From positions 279,372,001 through 279,436,000 of the forward strand of contig OZ024740.1 of assembly GCA_964016885.1 (NCBI GenBank): a stretch of 64,000 bases of DNA. The letters are read 5' to 3'. Below are positions 53,801-64,000 of this stretch, one piece after another. The notes under the pieces are model-generated. The model was not told the DNA's origin and made no database searches. It saw nothing but the letters and a program-made list of their open reading frames with translations. Position 1 is the first letter of the stretch. Every line of letters begins with the position of its first letter. The translations under genes and the position numbers were made by a program. The DNA comes from Eledone cirrhosa. Lineage: Eukaryota.

Positions 53801-56800
53801 CTCGACTTGGAGTGAAAACCTCGACTTGGCGTGAGAACCTCGACTTGAAGTGAAAACCTCGACTTGGAGTGAGAACCTCGACTTGGAGTGAAAACCTCGA
53901 CTTGGAGTGAGAACCTCGACTTGGAGTGAAAACCTCGACTTGGAGTGAGAACCTCGACTTGTAGTGAAAACCTCGACTTGGAGTGTAAATTGCGACTCTG
54001 AGTGAAAACCTCGACTTGGAGTGAGAACCTCGACTTGGAGTGAAAACCTCGACTTGGAGTGAAAACCTCGACTTGGAGTGAAAACCTCGACTTGGAGTGA
54101 AAACCTCGACTTGGAGTGAAAACCTCGTCTTGGAGTGAGAACCTCGACTTGGAGTGAAAACCTCGACTTGGAGTGAGAACCTCGACTTGGAGTGAAAACC
54201 TCGACTTGGAGTGAGAACCTCGACTTGGAGTGAAAACCTCGACTTGGAGTGTAAACTGCGACTCTGAGTGAAAACCTCGACTTGGAGTGAGAACCTCGAC
54301 TTGGAGTGAAAACCTCGACTTGGAGCGAAAACCTCGACTTGGAGTGAGAACCTCGACTTGGAGTGAGAACCTCGACTTGGAGTGAGAACCTCGACTTGGA
54401 GTGAGAACCTCGACTTGGAGTGAGAACCTCGACTTGGAGTGAAAACCTCGACTTGGAGTGAGAACCTCGACTTGGAATGAGAACCTCGACTTGGAGTGAA
54501 AACCTCGACTTGGAGTGAGAACCTCGACTTGGAGTGAAAACCTCGACTTGGAGTGAGAACCTCGACTTGGAGTGAAAACCTCGACTTGGAGTGTAAACTG
54601 CGACTCTGAGTGAAAACCTCGACTTGGAGTGAGAACCTCGACTTGGAGTGAAAACCTCGACTTGGAGAGAGAACCTCGACTTGGAGTGAGAACCTCGACT
54701 TGGAGTGAGAACCTCGACTTGGAGTGGAAACCTCGACTTGGAGTGAAAACCTCGACTTGGAGTGAAAACCTCGACTTGGAGTGAAAACCTCGACTTGGAG
54801 TGAGAACCTCGACTTGGAGTCTAAACTGCGACTCTGAGTGTAAACTGCGACTCTGAGTGAAAACCTCGACTTGGAGTGAAAACCTCAACTTGGATGGAGA
54901 ACCTCGACTTGGAGTGAGAACCTCGACTTGGAGTGAAAACCTCGACTTGGAGTGAGAACCTCGACTTGGAGTGAAAACCTCGACTTGGAGTCAGAACCTC
55001 GACTTGGAGTGAAAACCTCGACTTGGAGTGAGAACCTCGACTTGGAGTGGAAATCTCGACTTGGAGTGAAAACCTCGACTTGGAGTGAAAACCTCGACTC
55101 TGAGTGAAAACCTCGACTTGGAGTGAGAACCTCGACTTGGAGTGAAAACCTCGACTTGGAGGGAGAACCTCGACTTGGAGTGAGAACCTCGACTTGGAGT
55201 GAAAACCTCGACTTGGAGTGAGAACCTCGACTTGGAGTGAAAACCTCGACTTGGAGTGAGAACCTCGACTTGGAGTGAAAACCTCGACTTGGAGTGAGAA
55301 CCTCGACTTGGAGTGAAAACTTCGACTTGGAGTGAGAACCTCGACTTGCAGTGAGAACCTCGACTTGGAGTGAGAACCTCGACTTGCAGTGAGAACCTCG
55401 ACTTGGAGTGAGAACCTCGACTTGGAGTGAGAACCTCGACTTGGAGTGAGAACCTCGACTTGGAGTGAGAACCTCGACTTGGAGTGAGAACCTCGACTTG
55501 GAGTGAAAACCTCGACTTGGAGTGAGAACCTCGACTTGGAGTGAGAACCTCGACTTGGAGTGAGAACCTCGACTTGGAGTTAAAACCTCGACTTGGAGTG
55601 AGAACCTCGACTTGGAGTGAGAACCTCGACTTGGAGTGAAAACCTCGACTTGGCGTGAGAACCTCGACTTGGAGTGAAAACCTCGACTTGGAGTGAGAAC
55701 CTCGACTTGGAGTGAAAACCTCGACTTGGAGTGAGAACCTCGACTTGGAGTGAAAACCTCGACTTGGAGTGAGAACCTCGACTTGGAGTGAAAACCTCGA
55801 CTTGGAGTGTAAACTGCAACTCTGAGTGAGAACCTCGACTTGTAGTGAAAACCTCGACTTGGAGTGTAAACTGCAACTCTGAGTGAAAACCTCGACTTGG
55901 AGTGAGAACCTCGACTTGGAGTGAAAATCTCGACTTGGAGTGAAAACCTCGACTTGGAGTGAAAACCTCGACTTGGAGTGAAAACCTCGACTTGGAGTGA
56001 AAACCTCGACTTGGAGTGAAAACCTCGTCTTGGAGTGAGAACCTCGACTTGGAGTGAAAACGGCGACTTGGAGTGAGAACCTCGACTTGGAGTGAAAACC
56101 TCGACTTGGAGTGAGAACCTCGACTTGGAGTGGAAACCTCGACTTGGAGTGAAAACCTCGACTTGGAGTGAAAGCCTCGACTTGGAGTGAAAACCTCGAC
56201 TTGGAGTGAGAACCTCGACTTGGAGTCTAAACTGCGACTCTGAGTGTAAACTGCGACTCTGAGTGAAAACCTCGACTTGGAGTGAAAACCTCAACTTGGA
56301 TGGAGAACCTCGACTTGGAGTGAGAACCTCGACTTGGAGTGAAAACCTCGACTTGGAGTGAGAACCTCGACTTGGAGTGAAAACCTCGACTTGGAGTGAA
56401 AACCTCGACTTGGAGTGAGAACCTCGACTTCGAGTGAGAACCTCGACTTGGAGTGAGAACCTCGTCTTGGAGTGAGAACCTCGACTTGGAGTGAAAACCT
56501 CGACTTGGAGTGAAAACCTCGACTTGGAGTGAGAACCTCGACTTGGAGTGAAAACCTCGACTTGGAGTGAGAACCTCGACTTGCAGTGAGAACCTCGACT
56601 TGGAGTGAAAACCTCGACTTGGAGTGAGAACCTCGACTTGGAGTGAGAACCTCGACTTGGAGTGAGAACCTCGACTTGGAGTGAAAACCTCGACTTGGAG
56701 TGAGAACCTCGACTTGGAGTGAGAACCTCGACTTGGAGTGAAAACCTCGACTTGGAGTGAGAACCTCGACTTGGAGTGAGAACCTCGACTTGGAGTGAGA

Positions 56801-59800
56801 ACCTCGACTTGGAGTGAAAACCTCGACTTGGAGTGAGAACCTCGACTTGGAGTGAGAACCTCGACTTGGAGTGAGAACCTCGACTTGGAGTGAGAACCTC
56901 GACTTGGAGTTAAAACCTCGACTTGGAGTGAGAACCTCGACTTGGAGTGAGAACCTCGACTTGGAGTGAAAACCTCGACTTGGCGTGAGAACCTCGACTT
57001 GAAGTGAAAACCTCGACTTGGAGTGAGAACCTCGACTTGGAGTGAAAACCTCGACTTGGAGTGAGAACCTCGACTTGGAGTGAAAACCTCGACTTGGAGT
57101 GAGAACCTCGACTTGTAGTGAAAACCTCGACTTGGAGTGTAAACTGCGACTCTGAGTGAAAACCTCCACTTGGAATGAGAACCTCGACTTGGAGTGAAAA
57201 CCTCGACTTGGAGTGAAAACCTCGACTTGGAGTGAAAACCTCGACTTGGAGTGAAAACCTCGTCTTGGAGTGAGAACCTCGACTTGTAGTGAAAACCTCG
57301 ACTTGGAGTGAGAACCTCGACTTGGAGTGAAAACCTCGACTTGGAGTGAGAACCTCGACTTGGAGTGAGAACCTCGACTTGGAGTGAGAACCTCGACTTG
57401 GAGTGAAAACCTCGACTTGGAGTGAAAACCTCGACTTGGAGTGAGAACCTCGACTTGGAGTGAGAACCTCGACTTGGAGTGAGAACCTCGACTTGGAGTG
57501 AGAACCTCGACTTGGAGTGTAAACTGCGACTCTGAGTGAAAATCTCCACTTGGAGTGAGAACCTCGACTTGGAGTGAAAACCTCGACTTGGAGTGAAAAC
57601 CTCGACTTGGAGTGAGAACCTCGACTTGGAGTGAAAACCTCGACTTGGAGTGAGAACCTCGACTTGGAGTGAGAACCTCGACTTGGAGTGAAAACCTCGA
57701 CTTGGAGTGAGAACCTCGACTTGGAGTGAAAACCTCGACTTGGAGTGAGAACCTCGACTTGGAGTGAGAACCTCGACTTGGAGTGAAAACCTCGACTTGG
57801 AGTGAGAACCTCGACTTGGAGTGAAAACCTCGACTTGGAGTGAAAACCTCGACTTGGAGTGAAAACCTCGACTTGGAGTGAAAACCTCGACTTGGAGTGA
57901 AAACCTCGACTTGGAGTGAGAACCTCGACTTGGAGTGAAAACCTCGACTTGGAGTGAGAACCTCGACTTGGAGTCTAAACTGCGACTCTGAGTGTAAACT
58001 GCGACTCTGAGTGAAAACCTCGACTTGGAGTGAAAACCTCAACTTGGATGGAGAACCTCGACTTGGAGTGAGAACCTCGACTTGGAGTGAAAACCTCGAC
58101 TTGGAGTGAGAAACTCGACTTGGAGTGAAAACCTCGACTTGGAGTGAGAACCTCGACTTGGAGTGAAAACCTCGACTTGGAGCGAAAACCTCGACTTGGA
58201 GTGAGAACCTCGACTTGGAGTGAGAACCTCGACTTGGAGTGAGAACCTCGACTTGGAGTGAGAACCTCGACTTGAAGTGAGAACCTCGACTTGGAGTGAG
58301 AACCTCGACTTGGAGTGAAAACCTCGACTTGGAGTGAGAACCTCGACTTGGAATGAGAACCTCGACTTGGAGTGAAAACCTCGACTTGGAGTGAGAACCT
58401 CGACTTGGAGTGAAAACCTCGACTTGGAGTGAGAACCTCGACTTGGAGTGAAAACCTCGACTTGGAGTGTAAACTGCGACTCTGAGTGAAAACCTCGACT
58501 TGGAGTGAGAACCTCGACTTGGAGTGAAAACCTCGACTTGGAGGGAGAACCTCGACTTGGAGTGAGAACCTCGACTTGGAGTGAGAACCTCGACTTGGAG
58601 TGGAAACCTCGACTTGGAGTGAAAACCTCGACTTGGAGTGAAAACCTCGACTTGGAGTGAAAACCTCGACTTGGAGTGAGAACCTCGACTTGGAGTCTAA
58701 ACTGCGACTCTGAGTGTAAACTGCGACTCTGAGTGAAAACCTCGACTTGGAGTGAAAACCTCAACTTGGATGGAGAACCTCGACTTGGAGTGAGAACCTC
58801 GACTTGGAGTGAAAACCTCGACTTGGAGTGAGAACCTCGACTTGGAGTGAAAACCTCGACTTGGAGTGAGAACCTCGACTTGGAGTGAAAACCTCGACTT
58901 GGAGTGAGAACCTCGACTTGGAGTGGAAACCTCGACTTGGAGTGAAAACCTCGACTTGGAGTGAAAACCTCGACTTGGAGTGAAAACCTCGACTTGGAGT
59001 GAGAACCTCGACTTGGAGTCTAAACTGCGACTCTGAGTGTAAACTGCGACTCTGAGTGAAAACCTCGACTTGGAGTGAAAACCTCAACTTGGATGGAGAA
59101 CCTCGACTTGGAGTGAGAACCTCGACTTGGAGTGAAAACCTCGACTTGGAGTGAGAACCTCGACTTGGAGTGAAAACCTCGACTTGGAGTGAGAACCTCG
59201 ACTTGGAGTGAAAACCTCGACTTGGAGTGAGAACCTCGACTTGGAGTGAAAACCTCGACTTGGAGTGAAAACCTCGACTTGGAGTGAGAACCTCGACTTG
59301 GAGTGAGAACCTCGACTTGGAGTGAAAACCTCGACTTGGAGTGAGAACCTCGACTTGGAGTGAAAACCTCGAATTGGAGGGAGAACCTCGACTTGGAGTG
59401 AGAACCTCGACTTGGAGTGAAAACCTCGACTTGGAGTGAGAACCTCGACTTGGAGTGAAAACCTCGACTTGGAGTGAGAACCTCGACTTGGAGTGAAAAC
59501 CTCGACTTGGAGTGAGAACCTCGACTTGCAGTGAGAACCTCGACTTGGAGTGAAAACCTCGACTTGGAGTGAGAACCTCGACTTGGAGTGAGAACCTCGA
59601 CTTGGAGTGAGAACCTCGACTTGGAGTGAGAACCTCGACTTGGAGTGAGAACCTCGACTTGGAGTGAGAACCTCGACTTGCAGTGAAAACCTCGACTTGG
59701 AGTGAGAACCTCGACTTGGAGTGAGAACCTCGACTTGGAGTGAGAACCTCGACTTGGAGTGAAAACCTCGACTTGGAGTGAGAACCTCAACTTGGAGTGA

Positions 59801-62800
59801 GAACCTCGACTTGGAGTGAGAACCTCGACTTGGAGTGAGAACCTCGACTTGGAGTTAAAACCTCGACTTGGAGTGAGAACCTCGACTTGGAGTGAGAACC
59901 TCGACTTGGAGTGAAAACCTCGACTTGGCGTGAGAACCTCGACTTGAAGTGAAAACCTCGACTTGGAGTGAGAACCTCGACTTGGAGTGAAAACCTCGAC
60001 TTGGAGTGAGAACCTCGACTTGGAGTGAAAACCTCGACTTGGAGTGAGAACCTCGACTTGTATTGAAAACCTCGACTTGGAGTGTAAACTGCGACTCTGA
60101 GTGAAAACCTCGACTTGGAGTGAGAACCTCGACTTGGAGTGAAAACCTCGACTTGGAGTGAAAACCTCGACTTGGAGTGAAAACCTCGACTTGGAGTGAA
60201 AACCTCGACTTGGAGTGAAAACCTCGTCTTGGAGTGAGAACCTCGACTTGGAGTGAAAACCTCGACTTGGAGTGAGAACCTCGACTTGGAGTGAAAACCT
60301 CGACTTGGAGTGAGAACCTCGACTTGGAGTGAAAACCTCGACTTGGAGTGTAAACTGCGACTCTGAGTGAAAACCTCGACTTGGAGTGAAAACCTCGACT
60401 TGGAGTGAGAACCTCGACTTGGAGTGAAAACCTCGACTTGGAGTGAGAACCTCGACTTGGAGTGAAAACCTCGACTTGGAGGGAGAACCTCGACTTGGAG
60501 TGAGAACCTCGACTTGGAGTGAAAACCTCGACTTGGAGTGAGAACCTCGACTTGGAGTGAAAACCTCGACTTGGAGTGAGAACCTCGACTTGGAGTGAAA
60601 ACCTCGACTTGAAGTGAGAACCTCGACTTGGAGTGAAAACCTCGACTTGGAGTGAGAACCTCGACTTGCAGTGAGAACCTCGACTTGGAGTGAAAACCTC
60701 GACTTGGAGTGAGAACCTCGACTTGGAGTGAGAACCTCGACTTGGAGTGAGAACCTCGACTTGGAGTGAGAACCTCGACTTGGAGTGAAAACCTCGACTT
60801 GGAGTGAGAACCTCGACTTGGAGTGAGAACCTCGACTTGGAGTGAGAACCTCGACTTGGAGTGAGAACCTCGACTTGGAGTGAGAACCTCGACTTGGAGT
60901 GAGAACCTCGACTTGGAGTTAAACCCTCGACTTGGAGTGAGAACCTCGACTTGGAGTGAGAACCTCGACTTGGAGTGAAAACCTCGACTTGGCGTGAGAA
61001 CCTCGACTTGAAGTGAAAACCTCGACTTGGAGTGAGAACCTCGACTTGGAGTGAAAACCTCGACTTGGAGTGAGAACCTCGACTTGGAGTGAAAACCTCG
61101 ACTTGGAGTGAAAACCTCGTCTTGGAGTGAGAACCTCGACTTGGAGTGAAAACCTCGACTTGGAGTGAGAACCTCGACTTCGAGTGAAAACCTCGACTTG
61201 GAGTGAGAACCTCGACTTGGAGTGAGAACCTCGACTTGGAGTGGAAACCTCGACTTGGAGTGAAAACCTCGACTTGGAGTGAGAACCTCGACTTGGAGTG
61301 AGAACCTCGACTTGGAGTGAGAACCTCGACTTGGAGTGAGAACCTCGACTTGGAGTGTAAACTGCGACTCTGAGTGAAAATCTCGACTTGGAGTGAGAAC
61401 CTCGACTTGGAGTGAAAACCTCGACTTGGAGTGAAAACCTCGACTTGGAGTGAGAACCTCGACTTGGAGTGAAAACCTCGACTTGGAGTGAGAACCTCGA
61501 CTTGGAGTGAAAACCTCGACTTGGAGTGAGAACCTCGACTTGGAGTGAAAACCTCGACTTGGAGTGAGAACCTCGACTTGGAGTGAAAACCTCGACTTGG
61601 AGTGAGAACCTCGACTTGGAGTGAAAACCTCGACTTGGAGTGAGAACCTCGACTTGGAGTGAAAACCTCGACTTGGAGTGAGAACCTCGACTTGGAGTGA
61701 GAACCTCGCCTTGGAGTGAAAACCTCGACTTGGAGTGAGAACCTCGACTTGGAGTGAGAACCTCGACTTGGAGTGAAAACCTCGACTTGGAGTGAAAACC
61801 TCGACTTGGAGTGAAAACCTCGACTTGGAGTGAGAACCTCGACTTGGAGTGAAAACCTCGACTTGGAGTGAGAACCTCGACTTGGAGTCTAAACTGCGAC
61901 TCTGAGTGTAAACTGCGACTCTGAGTGAAAACCTCGACTTGGAGTGAAAACCTCAACTTGGATGGAGAACCTCGACTTGGAGTGAGAACCTCGACTTGGA
62001 GTGAAAACCTCGACTTGGAGTGAGAACCTCGACTTGGACTGAAAACCTCGACTTGGAGTGAGAACCTCGACTTGGAGTGAAAACCTCGACTTGGAGCGAA
62101 AACCTCGACTTGGAGTGAGAACCTCGACTTGGAGTGAGAACCTCGACTTGGAGTGAGAACCTCGACTTGGAGTGAGAACCTCGACTTGGAGTGAGAACCT
62201 CGACTTGGAGTGAGAACCTCGACTTGGAGTGAAAACCTCGACTTGGAGTGAGAACCTCGACTTGGAATGAGAACCTCGACTTGGAGTGAAAACCTCGACT
62301 TGGAGTGAGAACCTCGACTTGGAGTGAAAACCTCGACTTGGAGTGAGAACCTCGACTTGGAGTGAAAACCTCGACTTGGAGTGTAAACTGCGACTCTGAG
62401 TGAAAACCTCGACTTGGAGTGAGAACCTCGACTTGGAGTGAAAACCTCGACTTGGAGGGAGAACCTCGACTTGGAGTGAAAACCTCGACTTGGAGTGAGA
62501 ACCTCGACTTGGAGTGAAAACCTCGACTTGGAGTGAGAACCTCGGCTTGGAGTGAAAACCTCGACTTGGAGTGAGAACCTCGACTTGGAGTGAAAACCTC
62601 GACTTGGAGTGAAAACCTCGACTTGGAGTGAGAACCTCGACTTGGAGTGAGAACCTCGACTTGGAGTGAGAACCTCGACTTGGAGTGAGAACCTCGACTT
62701 GGAGTGAGAACCTCGACTTGGAGTGAAAACCTCGACTTGGAGTGAGAACCTCGACTTGGAATGAGAACCTCGACTTGGAGTGAAAACCTCGACTTGGAGT

Positions 62801-64000
62801 GAGAACCTCGACTTGGAGTGAAAACCTCGACTTGGAGTGAGAACCTCGACTTGGAGTGAAAACCTCGACTTGGAGTGTAAACTGCGACTCTGAGTGAAAA
62901 CCTCGACTTGGAGTGAGAACCTCGACTTGGAGTGAGAACCTCGACTTGGAGTGAGAACCTCGACTTGGAGTGAGAACCTCGACTTGGAGTGAGAACCTCG
63001 ACTTGGAGTGAAAACCTCGACTTGGAGTGAGAATCTCGACTTGGAGTGAAAACCTCGACTTGGAGTGAGAACCTCGACTTGGAGTGAAAACCTCGACTTG
63101 GAGTGAGAACCTCGACTTGGAGTGAAAACCTCGACTTGGAGTGAGAACCTCGACTTGGAGTGAAAACCTCGACTTGGAGGGAGAACCTCGACTTGGAGTG
63201 AGAACCTCGACTTGGAGTGAAAACCTCGACTTGGAGTGAGAATCTCGACTTGGAGTGAAAACCTCGACTTGGAGTGAGAACCTCGACTTGGAGTGAAAAC
63301 CTCGACTTGGAGTGAGAACCTCGACTTGGAGTGAAAACCTCGACTTGGAGTGAGAACCTCGACTTGCAGTGAGAACCTCGACTTGGAGTGAAAACCTCGA
63401 CTTGGAGTGAGAACCTCGACTTGGAGTGAGAACCTCGACTTGGAGTGAGAACCTCGACTTGGAGTGAGAACCTCGACTTGGAGTGAGAACCTCGACTTGG
63501 AGTGAGAACCTCGACTTGGAGTGAGAACCTCGACTTGGAGTGAAAACCTCGACTTGGAGTGAGAACCTCGACTTGGAGTGAGAACCTCGACTTGGAGTGA
63601 GTACCTCGACTTGGAGTGAGAACCTCGACTTGGAGTTAAAACCTCGACTTGGAGTGAGAACCTCGACTTGGAGTGAAAACCTCGACTTGGCGTGAGAACC
63701 TCGACTTGGAGTGAAAACCTCGACTTGGAGTGAGAACCTCGACTTGGAGTGAAAACTTCGACTTGGAGTGAGAACCTCGACTTGGAGTGAAAACCTCGAC
63801 TTGGAGTGAGAACCTCGACTTGGAGTGAAAACCTCGACTTGGAGTGAGAACCTCGACTTGGAGTGAAAACCTCGACTTGGAGTGAGAACCTCGACTTGGA
63901 GTGAGAACCTCGACTTGGAGTGAGAACCTCGACTTGGAGTGAGAACCTCGACTTGGAGTGAGAACCTCGACTTGGAGTGAGAACCTCGACTTGGAGTGAG
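35803..64000. repeat. Satellite array C: 19-bp monomer GA(A/G)AACCTCGACTTGGAGT, roughly 1,480 copies, continuing off the right edge
   Basis: Direct reading of (gaaaacctcgacttggagt / gagaacctcgacttggagt)n, plus a diverged same-length monomer GTAAACTGCGACTCTGAGT and scattered single-base variants. The minus-strand translation has a 19-aa period (SRFSLQVEVFTPSRGFHSK). Confidence 0.99.
36353..36428. repeat. First of 20 copies of a fixed 76-bp (4 x 19) variant cassette in satellite C
   Basis: CTAAACTGCGACTCTGAGT-GTAAACTGCGACTCTGAGT-GAAAACCTCGACTTGGAGT-GAAAACCTCAACTTGGATG. The diagnostic CAA ends at 36420, 38225, 39726, 40106, 41816, 42177, 43716, 45711, 48162, 49986, 50708, 51031, 53273, 53596, 54888, 56294, 58042, 58764, 59087 and 61956. 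Confidence 0.92.

Noticed and set aside
35581-61956. Long minus-strand ORFs (up to 2137 aa) with SRFSLQVEVFTPSRGFHSK repeats
   Set aside because: They are translations of the 19-bp satellite. Most starts are the TTG produced by the cassette's CAA variant, there is no unique domain, the unit is not a multiple of 3, and one ORF runs through the N gap.
1-64000. CRISPR array
   Set aside because: The repeats are head-to-tail with no unique spacers, the 69-bp inserts are near-identical to each other, and there are no cas genes or leader.
1-64000. Definitive centromere call or species assignment
   Set aside because: Satellite content alone does not establish centromere function, the layout depends on an unsized gap, and I do not recognise these monomers as a named satellite family.

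Overview
The window is almost entirely tandemly repeated (satellite) DNA, most likely from a eukaryotic chromosome-scale assembly. I can support no protein-coding gene, RNA gene, CRISPR array or intact mobile element. There are three arrays. SatA (1-~21300) has a 16-bp monomer, CGAAACACTCGTAAGT. It is heterogeneous, has kb-scale internal duplications and is interrupted five times by the same 69-bp AT-rich segment in two alleles. SatB (~21301-35602) has an AT-rich, G-poor 11-bp monomer, CTAAAT plus a variable pentamer (CTAAG/CTCAC/ATAAG...), and abuts SatA with no spacer. A 200-N scaffold gap follows (35603-35802). SatC (35803-64000) has a very homogeneous 19-bp monomer, GA(A/G)AACCTCGACTTGGAGT, with no net indel over at least 25.5 kb and a fixed four-monomer variant cassette found 20 times. 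All ORFs in the track are artefacts of the stop-free minus strands of SatA and SatC. The best leads are these. SatA and SatC appear related. Together they resemble, from memory and unverified, the terminal inverted repeats of pogo/Tigger-type DNA transposons, the family that gave rise to CENP-B. SatB looks TTAG-based and telomere-like. These are hypotheses; the sequence alone does not establish a new biological system.
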